A stretch of DNA of 64,000 nucleotides from a virus (Duplodnaviria; Heunggongvirae; Uroviricota; Caudoviricetes), in the IMG/VR virus record IMGVR_UViG_3300031853_000005, positions 53,469-117,468 of that record; one strand, given 5' to 3'. Positions 46,279 through 56,456 of the stretch are shown here, piece by piece (within the stretch, counting starts at the first letter, position 1; each line of letters begins with the position of its first letter). Made by a program: the position numbers and the translations under genes. The notes under the pieces were generated by a model, which worked only from the letters and a program-made list of their open reading frames with translations, was not told the origin of the DNA and searched no databases.

Positions 46279-46509
46279 ATGGATGAGAAGATTATTTTGT
46301 ATTCGACTGGATGTTCGAAGTGTGGAATCCTTAAGAAGAAGCTTGACACAATCAAAGCACCGTACATTGAGAACCATGATGCTGATGAAATGCAACGCCT
46401 CGGCATGACGGAAGCACCTGGACTTATGGTGAATGGTCAACTGATGAATTTTGCGCAGGCTGTTCATTGGGTTAACGCACACGCGAATGATTTCAGTCAG
46501 AAGGAGTAA
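46279..46509 (+). CDS. glutaredoxin-like (NrdH-like) redoxin
   Basis: ILYSTGCSKCG CxxC active site at N-terminus of ~76-aa thioredoxin-fold-sized protein, directly upstream of nrdD. Confidence 0.55.
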   Translation: MDEKIILYSTGCSKCGILKKKLDTIKAPYIENHDADEMQRLGMTEAPGLMVNGQLMNFAQAVHWVNAHANDFSQKE

Positions 46510-46511
46510 GA

Positions 46512-48437
46512 ATGGATATACAGCTTAAGTTATCCAAGGATTTTGAGCGTTGCCTGGAAGAGCTGAAAGAGAAGTACGGCGAGGACTTCGAATATATTAA
46601 TGGTCTGCATCCGTCGCAGCTTGACTTCTCTGAATTCATTGACAATTTTGTGGACAAAGATACCGTCGCGGATGCAAGCATTGATCCGAATGCCAACGCC
46701 AATCATAAGGACATTCGTTCCTTTATGACGGAGAAGGGCAAAGCGGAAGACAAACTCTTCGGTCTAAACAAGATCTTCATGGAGATCAAGAAGATGTGGG
46801 GTCTGAGAACGGCGAAGAAGTGGCTGGAAGCAGAGTTTTCCAGAGCGTTCTATTTGAATGACAGCACGACGGCGAGTTACTTCCCGTACTGCTGGGCAAA
46901 CGACTTCACCAGGCTTGCAACAGAAGGTCTGTTCTTCCTGTCGAACTACAACAATGAAGCTCCGAAGCATCTGACCACGTACTTCGATGATGTCATTGAG
47001 TTCGTTTCGTTCCTGTCGAACCGTCAGTCCGGTGCGGTTGGTATGCCGAACGTCCTGATCTGGGCATGGTGGTTCTGGAAGAAGGATGTTGAAAACGGTT
47101 ATTACATGAAAGATCCTGATTATTATTTGAGGCAGAATTTCCAGAAGTTCCTGTTCCGACTCAATCAGCCTTTCCTGAGAATTGACCAGTCAGCCTTCAC
47201 AAATTGTAGCATCTTTGACCGCCCTTATCTTGAGAGTTTGTTTGGCGGTGTAGAGTTCCCGGATGGCACGATGGCGATTGACCACATTGAAGATCTGATC
47301 GAATGCCAGAAGGTGTTCATGGATGTTGTGAGCGAAACGAGAGAGATCAACATGTTCACGTATCCTGTGCTTACATACTCTCTGCTCTATCAGAATGGTA
47401 AATTCCAGGATGAGGACTTCGCTCGGTGGTGTTCAAATCACAATATCAAGTGGTCTGATTCAAACTTCTTTGTAAGCGACAATGTTGGCGTTCTTTCCAA
47501 CTGCTGCCGTCTTCTCAGTGACACATCAAAACTTGATGCCTTCATCAACTCCATCGGTGGTACTGCTCTCAGTGTTGGTTCATGCCGTGTAAGCACGATT
47601 AACCTTGTTCGTATCGCTTATGAGAGTGGCTTTGACAAGAAAAAGTATCTGAAGATCCTGAAAGATCGCGTTGAACTTGACTGCAAGGCACTTGCTTCCA
47701 TGCGCCACATTCTGAAGCGCAACATTGAGAAGGGACTTCTTCCGAACTATCAGGACGGAGCGGTGGAACTGGACAAGCAGTTCTGCACCATCGGCGGCAT
47801 CGGTATGTATGAGGTCATGGATCTCTTCGGACTCATCAACACTGATGAACTGGGCTGCAAGAGCTACAGCGATGAAGGTGTTGAGTTTGCCACAGAAATT
47901 CTTGACACGATGAACAAGGTGAAGGACAGCTTCGAATGTAACTTTAGCTTTAACATCGAGATGATTCCTGCTGAGAACTGTGCCGGTGTTATCTGTCAGG
48001 CTGATAACCTTCTGTTTGAGCAGAACAAGTATTTCATTTATTCGAATCAGTGGATTCCTCTGATGGAGAAATGCACGATTCAGGAAAAGTGCAGGCTTGG
48101 CAGTTTGTTTGATCAGAAGTGCGGCGGCGGTTGTATCGCCCACATCAACATCGAGAACCGTTTTGCAAACGAAGAGGAAGCCTGGGAGATGCTGAACTAT
48201 GTGGCTGCGCATGGCGTGATCTACTTTGCGTTTACAACAAAGATCTCAGTCTGCGAAGACAAACATGCGTTCATCGGTGAAGCATACTGCCCGATCTGTG
48301 GAAAGCCAATTGCTGATACATATGCCCGTGTCGTTGGATTCTACACACCGACATCGAGTTACCAGAAGATTCGCAAACGCGAGTTTGATAAACGTCGCTG
48401 GATGAATGTTCTGTCGAAAGACGGAGTGATGCAGTAA
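46512..48437 (+). CDS. nrdD: anaerobic ribonucleoside-triphosphate reductase (class III RNR)
   Basis: C-terminal CPICG..ARVVGFYTP..KIRKREFDKRRW matches NrdD Zn-ribbon + glycyl-radical RxxGY region. Confidence 0.7.
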   Translation: MDIQLKLSKDFERCLEELKEKYGEDFEYINGLHPSQLDFSEFIDNFVDKDTVADASIDPNANANHKDIRSFMTEKGKAEDKLFGLNKIFMEIKKMWGLRTAKKWLEAEFSRAFYLNDSTTASYFPYCWANDFTRLATEGLFFLSNYNNEAPKHLTTYFDDVIEFVSFLSNRQSGAVGMPNVLIWAWWFWKKDVENGYYMKDPDYYLRQNFQKFLFRLNQPFLRIDQSAFTNCSIFDRPYLESLFGGVEFPDGTMAIDHIEDLIECQKVFMDVVSETREINMFTYPVLTYSLLYQNGKFQDEDFARWCSNHNIKWSDSNFFVSDNVGVLSNCCRLLSDTSKLDAFINSIGGTALSVGSCRVSTINLVRIAYESGFDKKKYLKILKDRVELDCKALASMRHILKRNIEKGLLPNYQDGAVELDKQFCTIGGIGMYEVMDLFGLINTDELGCKSYSDEGVEFATEILDTMNKVKDSFECNFSFNIEMIPAENCAGVICQADNLLFEQNKYFIYSNQWIPLMEKCTIQEKCRLGSLFDQKCGGGCIAHINIENRFANEEEAWEMLNYVAAHGVIYFAFTTKISVCEDKHAFIGEAYCPICGKPIADTYARVVGFYTPTSSYQKIRKREFDKRRWMNVLSKDGVMQ

Positions 48438-48916
48438 TGCTGATTAAGGGCGTAACGGATGAGGACTTTGTTAACTACAGAGTCCCATCCATGTTCATCG
48501 CTACAAACGAGTGTACATTCAAATGCGATCATGATGCTGGCGAGGCTGTATGCCAGAACAGCAGTCTTCCAAAAATGAAAACCTATAATGTCAAGATTGA
48601 TGATCTTGTCAAGAGATATCTGAGCAACGATATCACGCATGCTGTGGTGTTTGGTGGTCTTGAGCCTTTTGATCAGTACATAGACATCTATGATTTTATA
48701 TCTGTCATGCGCTATCAGTATGAATGCTTAGATCCCGTTGTGATTTACACTGGATATAACAAAAATGAGATCGATGGCAAGATTTCTTTCCTAGCATCAA
48801 TGCCGAATATCATTGTGAAATTCGGGCGATTTATTCCTGGACATGAGAAACATTTCGATGAAGTGCTCGGCGTGAATCTGGCAAGCGATAATCAGTATGC
48901 TGAACAAATATCTTAA
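48437..48916 (+). CDS. NrdG-like anaerobic RNR activating protein with non-canonical Cys spacing
   Basis: FVNYRVPSMFIATNECTFKCDHDAGEAVC cf. T4 NrdG VANGPGVRTVIFFSGCNLRCPGC; AVVFGGLEPF cf. SGGEP. Confidence 0.45.
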   Translation: MLIKGVTDEDFVNYRVPSMFIATNECTFKCDHDAGEAVCQNSSLPKMKTYNVKIDDLVKRYLSNDITHAVVFGGLEPFDQYIDIYDFISVMRYQYECLDPVVIYTGYNKNEIDGKISFLASMPNIIVKFGRFIPGHEKHFDEVLGVNLASDNQYAEQIS

Positions 48917-49068
48917 AGGAGAGATACAATGTATTCGCAAGAAAAACTGGATCTGATTGACAAGATGATTGAATATTTCAGGAGCGAAGACGCTTACGGA
49001 AGTGATACCGATACGCTTGTTGACTGTATCAAGACCGTGATCAATTTCGGCAAGGAGGAATCTGCCAC

Positions 49069-49497
49069 ATGAAGATCAAAATCAAGTATTTTGATCCTGA
49101 TCTGATTCGTCTTGAAAAGATCGAGAAGGGAAACTGGATTGATCTTCGCGCTGCCGAAACAGTCGAAATGAAGAAGGGCGAGTTCAAGCTGATTCCTCTT
49201 GGTATTGCAATGCATCTGCCGCTTGGTTATGAAGCGCACGTTGTTCCCAGGAGCAGCACATTTAAGAACTTCAAAATCCTTCAGACGAATAGTTTTGGCG
49301 TGATTGATGAGTCCTACTGCGGCGATAATGACCAGTGGTTCTTCCCGGCACTTGCTGTTGAAGACACCGTGATTCACAAGAATGATCGAATTTGCCAGTT
49401 TCGCATTATGGATCATCAGCCTATGATTGATTTTGAAGAGGTAGAAACACTCGGAATGCCTGATCGCGGAGGTCATGGCTCCACCGGAATTGCCTAA
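49069..49497 (+). CDS. dut: dUTP diphosphatase
   Basis: [22 protein letters not shown] motifs. Confidence 0.75.
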   Translation: MKIKIKYFDPDLIRLEKIEKGNWIDLRAAETVEMKKGEFKLIPLGIAMHLPLGYEAHVVPRSSTFKNFKILQTNSFGVIDESYCGDNDQWFFPALAVEDTVIHKNDRICQFRIMDHQPMIDFEEVETLGMPDRGGHGSTGIA

Positions 49498-49511
49498 TAA
49501 GGAGACAAGAT

Positions 49512-49829
49512 ATGTTTCACAGCAACGGAGAACTGTATCTGCTGTACAAAGTTGTAAGCAATAAAAACAATCCGCTTCACAATAAGATTGTAAACACAAC
49601 TTGCGATCTTGAATTTTTAGAAGTTGGAAAGCCAGGTGTGTTTTCTGCTGAGTTGGATGATGGAGAGTTCCACAGAGTTCTTACTTCAACGGTTGAAAGA
49701 ATCGAACTTCCTGATGGATATGACACAGTAATTGTACATACGAGGAACAGTGTATACACATTTTATCGTATCATACCGGAGATTGTTGCGGCAGCTAAAA
49801 TGGGGGATTCACAAAATGTGGGAGAATAA
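49512..49829 (+). CDS. hypothetical protein (105 aa)
   Basis: AAGGAG RBS. Confidence 0.5.
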   Translation: MFHSNGELYLLYKVVSNKNNPLHNKIVNTTCDLEFLEVGKPGVFSAELDDGEFHRVLTSTVERIELPDGYDTVIVHTRNSVYTFYRIIPEIVAAAKMGDSQNVGE

Positions 49830-50019
49830 AGATGTTGTTCTTGTAATCCTTATCATTATCCTTGTGATGCTTGCAAGTTTCTTCATCAATGCCGGAATCC
49901 TCTGGCTGATCTGCTGGGCGTTTCACTTGACATGGTGGAGCTGGCGCATTTGCTTTGGTGTATGGTTGTTGGAAGCGCTTTTATCAAGTGTTTTTAAGTC
50001 AAATTACAACAACAAATAA
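49816..50019 (+). CDS. small membrane protein (67 aa, 2 TM)
   Basis: ATG 49816 within ORF 49732..50019; VVLVILIIILVMLASFFINAGILWLICWAF. Confidence 0.4.
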   Translation: MWENKDVVLVILIIILVMLASFFINAGILWLICWAFHLTWWSWRICFGVWLLEALLSSVFKSNYNNK

Positions 50020-50046
50020 AACTACGATTTCATTAGGAAAAATGGC

Positions 50047-50232
50047 GTGATTTATACATTTTTATGCCCTAAATGTGGGCAAAAACAAGATATTTCAATG
50101 AAAATTGAAACCTATAAATCGACTGGTCATCTCTGTTCGTGCGGAGCGGAGATGATCAGAGATCCGAAAGACTTCTGCCGAAGCTATGATGTGAAATGTG
50201 ATGGCTTCTATGCAGAACATCAGTCGCATTAA
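50047..50232 (+). CDS. zinc-ribbon protein (61 aa)
   Basis: CPKCG..CSCG. Confidence 0.4.
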   Translation: MIYTFLCPKCGQKQDISMKIETYKSTGHLCSCGAEMIRDPKDFCRSYDVKCDGFYAEHQSH

Positions 50233-51502
50233 GGAAGGTGAGGTTCTTTTGATTTACGATATTCATGATAAGCCGCCGATTGGTAAACTCTTGCTCTTCA
50301 GTTTGCAATTGCTTCTGTCCGTGTTTGTCGCAACGGTGTTGATTGCGAATATCTGCGGTGTAGCAGTCAGCGGTGCTCTGGCTGGGGCAGGACTTTCTAC
50401 CATGATTTATCTCTTTGTAACAGGGTATAAATCACCGATGTACATTTCAAACTCCGGTGCGTTCGTTGCGCCGGTTATGATTGCTTTGGCTGCTGGCGGC
50501 TATCCTGCTGTTGCGGTAGGCGGTCTTACTACATGCCTTGTGTACTGCATCTTCGGTCTTGTGTTCACAAAGATTCCAGTTGAAAACATCTACAAGATCT
50601 TTCCGAAGGCGCTGATCGGCGCGGTCACAATGGTAATCGGCATCACGCTGATGGGATTCATCGGGACGTATGTACAGATTGGAGGAGAAACAAATACATG
50701 GGGAATCATGATTGCATTGTTTACCGCGATTGTTATAGCGGTTACAAGCCATTATGCGAAGGGGATTGCGAAGATCCTTCCTTTCCTGATTGGCTCGATT
50801 GCAGGATATGTACTTGCGCTTATCTTGTCTATCGCTGGGATCATCCAGATCGTAGACTTAACCGTGTTCCAGAACATGAAGCTGTTCGCGCTTCCTGATG
50901 TTGCATGCCTGCATTGGAATTCGGTCAATTGGTCTCAGATCCTTCCTGTTATTCCGGTATATATCGCTTTTACAATAAGCGCCATGATGGAATGCCTCTC
51001 TGATCATGCTGCTCTCGGCGGTATTATCGGCAAGGATCTGTATAAGAATCCTGGACTCGCAAGGATTTTTGCCGGTGAAGGTCTTGCGAATCTGGCAAGC
51101 TCAATCTTCGGCGGACTCGGCGCTTGCTCTTATGGTGAGGGAGTTGCATGTGTAGGATTCTCAAGGGTGTCATCGACAATTGTAACCGGTACGGCTGCGT
51201 TTATGATGATACTTCTGGCATATATTCAGCCTGTACAGGCGTTTATCCAGAGCATTCCGAGCTGTGTATTCGGCGGCGCGGCAATTATACTTTACGGCTA
51301 TATTGCTTGCAGTGGAGTGAAGATGCTTCAGGGCGTTGATCTGAATGAGCAGAAGAATCTGATCATGGTTTCCAGTGTTCTGTCTCTCGGTATCAGCGGT
51401 CTCGCAATCGGCGGAGCAACCTTCGCACTTTCTGGAACTGCACTGGCTCTTGTCTTTGGCATCGTCTTAAATCTTATTCTGAAGGAGAAAGTGAATGAGT
51501 AA
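50198..51502 (+). CDS. polytopic membrane permease (>=10 TM), possibly NCS2-type nucleobase transporter
   Basis: Continuous hydrophobic helices, G/A-rich; family assignment tentative. Confidence 0.45.
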   Translation: MMASMQNISRIKEGEVLLIYDIHDKPPIGKLLLFSLQLLLSVFVATVLIANICGVAVSGALAGAGLSTMIYLFVTGYKSPMYISNSGAFVAPVMIALAAGGYPAVAVGGLTTCLVYCIFGLVFTKIPVENIYKIFPKALIGAVTMVIGITLMGFIGTYVQIGGETNTWGIMIALFTAIVIAVTSHYAKGIAKILPFLIGSIAGYVLALILSIAGIIQIVDLTVFQNMKLFALPDVACLHWNSVNWSQILPVIPVYIAFTISAMMECLSDHAALGGIIGKDLYKNPGLARIFAGEGLANLASSIFGGLGACSYGEGVACVGFSRVSSTIVTGTAAFMMILLAYIQPVQAFIQSIPSCVFGGAAIILYGYIACSGVKMLQGVDLNEQKNLIMVSSVLSLGISGLAIGGATFALSGTALALVFGIVLNLILKEKVNE

Positions 51503-52109
51503 TAAGTCCTTTACCGCGTATCTCGCTGGGCCAATTTTTACATACGGAGACCTCCTCCGCAACACGGAGTGGGCATACAAGCTTCGCGCAGTATTTCAGA
51601 ACATCGATCTCTACAGCCCCGTTGAAAACACCGACATCAATGGTGTTGAAGGGAAGAAGAAATTCGCGGACTCCAAGATGATTGCCTCGGCTGACAATGC
51701 GCGGCTTGACCGTACCGACGTTCTGATCGCCTGCATCGACGGCGATGTGCTTCCTTCAGGAACATGCGCTGAGATTGGCAAGTTCCATGAGAAGATCGCC
51801 AGGGGAGATAACAAGTTTATCTGCGGAATCTGCACTGACAACCGCCAGTGTGCGCTGACTCACAGCGAAGCAAAGGATATCGGCGGTGCATCTGAGCTTG
51901 GCGAACAGCAGTACAGTTACCAGAATCTCTATGTCACTGGGCTGATCAAGGAATACGGCGTACTTGTTTCCAATATTGAAGAAGCAATGGCGGCGATTTC
52001 TGAATGGCTCGATGAGCGCAATCACAAGCCGTCTGGATATCATGAAAACGCAGAATTTTGGCGCGAGTCTGAAGGTATCTGCGAATTCGGAGCGGCAACG
52101 AATGAGTAA
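51495..52109 (+). CDS. nucleoside 2-deoxyribosyltransferase
   Basis: N-terminal AYLAGPIFTYGD matches Ndt YLAGPFF motif. Confidence 0.6.
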   Translation: MSNKSFTAYLAGPIFTYGDLLRNTEWAYKLRAVFQNIDLYSPVENTDINGVEGKKKFADSKMIASADNARLDRTDVLIACIDGDVLPSGTCAEIGKFHEKIARGDNKFICGICTDNRQCALTHSEAKDIGGASELGEQQYSYQNLYVTGLIKEYGVLVSNIEEAMAAISEWLDERNHKPSGYHENAEFWRESEGICEFGAATNE

Positions 52110-52686
52110 AAAATTCACCATCCTGGTGGATATGGATGACACGATTGAATATCTTCTTCGTGAATGGCTCAACTGGCTGAATACAAGATACGCCAGAGAT
52201 GTTCACGAGGATGATATCCATGACTGGGACATCATGCTGGCTTATCCTGGACTTTCTGCGCAGCAGGTTTATGAACCGCTACTGTTTCATGAGCTGTGGA
52301 AGAGAGTCAAGCCGATGCCAGACGCGGTTGAATATCTGAAAAAGCTGTATGATGACGGTCATGAGATCTATATTGTGACCAGCTCAAATTTCCGTACCAT
52401 CGAAACAAAGTTAACCGAAGTTCTTTTCAAGAATTTTCCTTTTATTGACTACGATCATGTGATTGTTGCCAGAAAGAAACAGATGATTCGCGGAGACATC
52501 ATGATTGATGATGGCCCACACAACCTGATCGGCGGTGATTACATCAAGATCCTGATGACCGCTGCGCATAACAGAGACTTTGACGCAGAAACAAATGATA
52601 TGGTTCGCGTTTACAACTGGTCTGAAATCTATCAGATCATCAAGCGACTGAGTGACGAAAGCGAGGAAAAGAATGGAACAGATTGA
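52102..52686 (+). CDS. HAD-family 5'(3')-deoxyribonucleotidase
   Basis: ILVDMDDT (DxDxT) motif at N-terminus; ATG 52102 within ORF 51964..52686. Confidence 0.6.
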   Translation: MSKKFTILVDMDDTIEYLLREWLNWLNTRYARDVHEDDIHDWDIMLAYPGLSAQQVYEPLLFHELWKRVKPMPDAVEYLKKLYDDGHEIYIVTSSNFRTIETKLTEVLFKNFPFIDYDHVIVARKKQMIRGDIMIDDGPHNLIGGDYIKILMTAAHNRDFDAETNDMVRVYNWSEIYQIIKRLSDESEEKNGTD

Positions 52687-52900
52687 GAAAAGAAAGATCA
52701 GCCACATTGAAGTACACCGCATGATCTGTGATAAATGCGGTTCTGAAATGACACCAAGCTACGATTCCAACGGCAATGTTGTCGTTCTCACAACAAATCC
52801 TCCGCAGTATGCGTATGTTTGCCAGAACTGTGGCAACCATGAGAACAGTGAAAAGCTGTTTCCGTATACCGAATTCATGTTTGGAGATGTGATTGAATGA
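52652..52900 (+). CDS. zinc-ribbon protein (82 aa)
   Basis: CDKCG..CQNCG. Confidence 0.45.
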   Translation: MTKARKRMEQIEKRKISHIEVHRMICDKCGSEMTPSYDSNGNVVVLTTNPPQYAYVCQNCGNHENSEKLFPYTEFMFGDVIE

Positions 52901-53157
52901 CAAACGAAATCTTTATCGACAAAGCGAAGAAAGCAATTATTCGCTACTACAGAGATATTTCTTTTGCAAATCTGACGATGAATGATGTGTTCGTTGTCTG
53001 GATGTGCAAGACGCTTCAGAATTACAAAGCGATCATGTCAACAAAGATCCCTGATCGCAGGATCTTTGAAGTTACATACAACGGTGATTCCCACGAATGT
53101 TACCTCGATGCATACGAAAAGGAAGAAAATCGTATTGCATGGAGAGATGACGAATGA
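52897..53157 (+). CDS. hypothetical protein (86 aa)
   Basis: ORF, 4-nt overlap. Confidence 0.5.
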   Translation: MTNEIFIDKAKKAIIRYYRDISFANLTMNDVFVVWMCKTLQNYKAIMSTKIPDRRIFEVTYNGDSHECYLDAYEKEENRIAWRDDE

Positions 53158-53489
53158 AAGGGAAGTGCGCTGTCTGCGGTAAGGAAGGAGAAGTCTTCGT
53201 AGCTTGTTCAGCATGCGGAGCAATCTCCTTCGCGTACTGCGAGGATTGTTTGAATACAGGAGCAGAACCTTATGGTGCTCTTGTTGAATATATCTCATGT
53301 GCTGGCGATTCTCCGGAAGACATCAATGACACATATCTCAAAATCATTCGCGACACACTGTCCAGGCTGAATATTACAGAAGAACAGTTCTGGAAAGATG
53401 TCAAACAGTCAATCATTGATGAGAATGAATATTGGAAGGAACTTGCCGCACAAAATGATTCTAAAACAACGGAAGGTTTGCCGTTTTAA
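53154..53489 (+). CDS. zinc-finger protein (111 aa)
   Basis: CAVCG..CSACG..C..C. Confidence 0.5.
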   Translation: MKGKCAVCGKEGEVFVACSACGAISFAYCEDCLNTGAEPYGALVEYISCAGDSPEDINDTYLKIIRDTLSRLNITEEQFWKDVKQSIIDENEYWKELAAQNDSKTTEGLPF

Positions 53490-53491
53490 CC

Positions 53492-54082
53492 ATGCGTATT
53501 AAAAGCTTATTTGCCGCAATGATTCTTTGTGTTTCTATCGTAAGTCCGAATTATACGGTTACAAAATACAAGGATACAAACTCTGAAGAATTCTTGTGGG
53601 AAATATTACACAAAGAAGCACCGAATGATTATGTAGCCGCAGGTATCATGGGCTTCTTCTGGCGTGAATCTTTCTACCGATCCGATGCTGTGACACACTG
53701 GCAGATCGATATGAAAGATATCGGAGAAGATCCATGTGATGAGTTCACAAAAATGCTGGACAGCGCAGACAAGAAAGAATTTGTCAGTGCAATCCAGGCA
53801 GAAGGCGGTTATGGTCTCGGTCAGTGGTACGCAGAAACATATCTTAAATCACTATATGATTTCTGCAAAGGATACGGAACCAGCTTCGCTGATGCGGTGA
53901 TGCAATGCAAGTTTACAGTGCATATGTGCGTCAATGATCCAAAGGTTTGGGAGACACTGAAGGACGCAAAGAACGCTTATGAAGCTGGTAGGATAATCGG
54001 TTATCTGCACGATGGTTCATCCGTTGGCGCAGAAACAATTGGAGCGAAAGCTAATATGATCTATAGAGATCATTGTAAATAA
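53492..54082 (+). CDS. secreted hypothetical protein (196 aa) with signal peptide
   Basis: MRIKSLFAAMILCVSIVSP signal-like N-terminus. Confidence 0.5.
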   Translation: MRIKSLFAAMILCVSIVSPNYTVTKYKDTNSEEFLWEILHKEAPNDYVAAGIMGFFWRESFYRSDAVTHWQIDMKDIGEDPCDEFTKMLDSADKKEFVSAIQAEGGYGLGQWYAETYLKSLYDFCKGYGTSFADAVMQCKFTVHMCVNDPKVWETLKDAKNAYEAGRIIGYLHDGSSVGAETIGAKANMIYRDHCK

Positions 54083-54093
54083 AGGAGCTGCAT

Positions 54094-54633
54094 TTGAAAG
54101 TAATCTGTATTTCAGGTCATGCGCAGCATGGCAAAGATACCTTTGCGAAAATGTTGGAAGAAGAACTTGAGCTGAGAAACCAGAAGGTTCTTGTTACGCA
54201 TTACGCAGATCTTGTGAAGTATATCTGTAAACAGTTCTTTGGCTGGGATGGGCAGAAAGATGAAGCTGGTCGGCATCTCCTTCAGTATGTTGGAACCGAC
54301 ATTGTAAGAAAACAGAACGAAAACTATTGGGTGGATTTCATCACCGATATGCTGAAGTTCTTCGATGGTCACTGGGATTGCGTTTTAATTCCTGACACAA
54401 GATTTCCGAATGAGATTGATCGCCTGAAGGATGCCGGATTTGATGTTGAGTCCGTTCGTATTATCAGAATCAATTTTGAAAATACGCTGACTCCCGAACA
54501 GCGCAATCATCCATCCGAGACATCCCTGGATGACTACTTTTTCAAACACTATATCATCAATAAAAGTTTGGAGTCTATGCAAAAGGATGCTGTCAAACTC
54601 GCAGATAAACTGACCGGATGTACATCAAGGTAA
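54094..54633 (+). CDS. P-loop kinase, dNMP-kinase-like
   Basis: VICISGHAQHGKDTFA cf. phage dNMP kinase ..SGxxxSGKDT. Confidence 0.5.
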   Translation: MKVICISGHAQHGKDTFAKMLEEELELRNQKVLVTHYADLVKYICKQFFGWDGQKDEAGRHLLQYVGTDIVRKQNENYWVDFITDMLKFFDGHWDCVLIPDTRFPNEIDRLKDAGFDVESVRIIRINFENTLTPEQRNHPSETSLDDYFFKHYIINKSLESMQKDAVKLADKLTGCTSR

Positions 54634-54639
54634 CACAAT

Positions 54640-54960
54640 ATGCTTGAATGGAATGTAATTTACGGCAATTTCAATAGTGGTAAAATAGAAACATATAATA
54701 TTTTCAATCATTATCGTTTCCATGAGGACTGCGTTAAGAATGCCAAAAAGAATAGAGACAACAAAGAAGCGTTCGCTGAAAGACTGAAACTTGATCTGAA
54801 ATACTACTACTGGTCTAAATGCGAATGGGAAGTAATTGTTTCTCATTGGCCGCCTGCCGAACGGTTTCATGATGAGAAAATTGATGTGTACGACCAGGTG
54901 ATGAATAACTGGCAAATCTTCCTGGATTATGTTTGGGAACATAGAAAGGAACTGAAGTGA
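54640..54960 (+). CDS. hypothetical protein (106 aa)
   Basis: ORF. Confidence 0.45.
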   Translation: MLEWNVIYGNFNSGKIETYNIFNHYRFHEDCVKNAKKNRDNKEAFAERLKLDLKYYYWSKCEWEVIVSHWPPAERFHDEKIDVYDQVMNNWQIFLDYVWEHRKELK

Positions 54961-55340
54961 TGTCGTTTCTTGTTAACAACAATAGCGTCGAAGAACTGAC
55001 CGATGCAATTCGACAGAAGTTCTATGATCTTGAAAACCAAAATGAATCTCTTAAAAACGAGATTGCTGTTTTTAATAAAGACGATAAAATCCAGGAACTC
55101 ACAAAAGAGCTTAAACACACTTTAAGAAATTCTCTTATGAACATGAGCGATAAGGAATATGAAGCCGATAGACAATTCCGTACACGCCACTGGGCGATGC
55201 ACAACGGCGGCAAGTCGAAGAAGTGCGACGGCAACACTTACTGGTATGAACTGAGTGGAACAGGTATCGGAACATGTATCAAAATCAAATGTCCGATCTG
55301 CGGAGAAGAGAAAGATATTACGGATATAGACAGTTGGTGA
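54957..55340 (+). CDS. hypothetical coiled-coil/zinc-ribbon protein (127 aa)
   Basis: ORF; CPICG near C-terminus. Confidence 0.45.
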   Translation: MMSFLVNNNSVEELTDAIRQKFYDLENQNESLKNEIAVFNKDDKIQELTKELKHTLRNSLMNMSDKEYEADRQFRTRHWAMHNGGKSKKCDGNTYWYELSGTGIGTCIKIKCPICGEEKDITDIDSW

Positions 55341-55344
55341 TTCA

Positions 55345-55830
55345 ATGACCGGAAAAGAATTAAAAACACGATATCCGTTTTTAATTCCGCGCAACAGATT
55401 TACGGATAAAATCTGCGACGGAATCGGAATGACGCAGGAAGAATATGAAAACTGGTCAGAGCTTGATGATATGCCTGACGGCTGGCGTAAAGCATTCGGA
55501 GAACAGATGTGCGAAGAGATCTACCAGGCTCTTCTGAAAAACGGCGGTGAAGAAGCCGTCAACAAATATCGCATCATCCAGATCAAAGAGAAGTGGGGCT
55601 ATCTTCACTGGTATGATTCTAACGGCAACGCTGAAATCAATAAAGTCATTAGGAAGTATGAAGATATTTCTGAGAAGACATGCATCACATGCGGGAAACC
55701 GGCAACAAAAATCAGTCTCGGCTGGATCAGCCCATACTGCGACAACTGCGCAGACGAGCCATCAAAGTATTGTGGCATAAAATTTATTCCGATTGATGAA
55801 AATCCATTAGATGAAGAGGTGCTACCATGA
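55345..55830 (+). CDS. hypothetical protein with C-terminal zinc ribbon (161 aa)
   Basis: CITCG..CDNC. Confidence 0.45.
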   Translation: MTGKELKTRYPFLIPRNRFTDKICDGIGMTQEEYENWSELDDMPDGWRKAFGEQMCEEIYQALLKNGGEEAVNKYRIIQIKEKWGYLHWYDSNGNAEINKVIRKYEDISEKTCITCGKPATKISLGWISPYCDNCADEPSKYCGIKFIPIDENPLDEEVLP

Positions 55831-56453
55831 AAAGAAAACTTGCCATTATCTTTCTTATTTCGCTTGCTGTATGTATGTTATACCCAAGCTTATGGTTCAG
55901 TGTTTTTGAACCTCGTGAACACAACCAGACTGAATCTCTTGGATCTGTCATCATCACACCCGATCAGACCATTATTGTGAACGAACCAGTCCAGCAGAAT
56001 ACTCCGATGATTCAGTCCAACGAACCAAGCATTATCATTCCAGGATTCCAGTCTGATCTGCCGCAAGGCATCAGTCAGAATTCACTGATCGCCGATATAT
56101 TTTCCAGAGTAAATGCCGAGAGAAAAGACAATGGTCTGAATGAGCTTACATATAACGCAGAACTTCAGGAATCTGCCAATGTCAGATCGGCAGAAGCATC
56201 AGAATTGTTTTCTCATACAAGACCAAACGGCAAGTCATGTCATTCAGTTGTTGAAAACTTTGATTATATCGTTACCGGCGAAAATCTGATCCTGGCAGAT
56301 AAGCAGATTGCAACCGCAAGCAGAATGGTTGAAGAATGGATGAACTCTGAGGGTCATAGACATAATATCCTGCTGAAAGATTTTACCAGTACGGCAATCG
56401 GTGTGACCGAAAAGAATGGGCAAGTTTTTGTCGCACAGATTTTTCTTGGGTGA
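55827..56453 (+). CDS. secreted CAP-domain (SCP/PR-1/YkwD-like) protein
   Basis: Signal peptide; NAERKDNGLNELTYNAEL and GHRHNILLKDFTSTAIGV CAP motifs. Confidence 0.55.
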   Translation: MKRKLAIIFLISLAVCMLYPSLWFSVFEPREHNQTESLGSVIITPDQTIIVNEPVQQNTPMIQSNEPSIIIPGFQSDLPQGISQNSLIADIFSRVNAERKDNGLNELTYNAELQESANVRSAEASELFSHTRPNGKSCHSVVENFDYIVTGENLILADKQIATASRMVEEWMNSEGHRHNILLKDFTSTAIGVTEKNGQVFVAQIFLG

Positions 56454-56456
56454 GCT

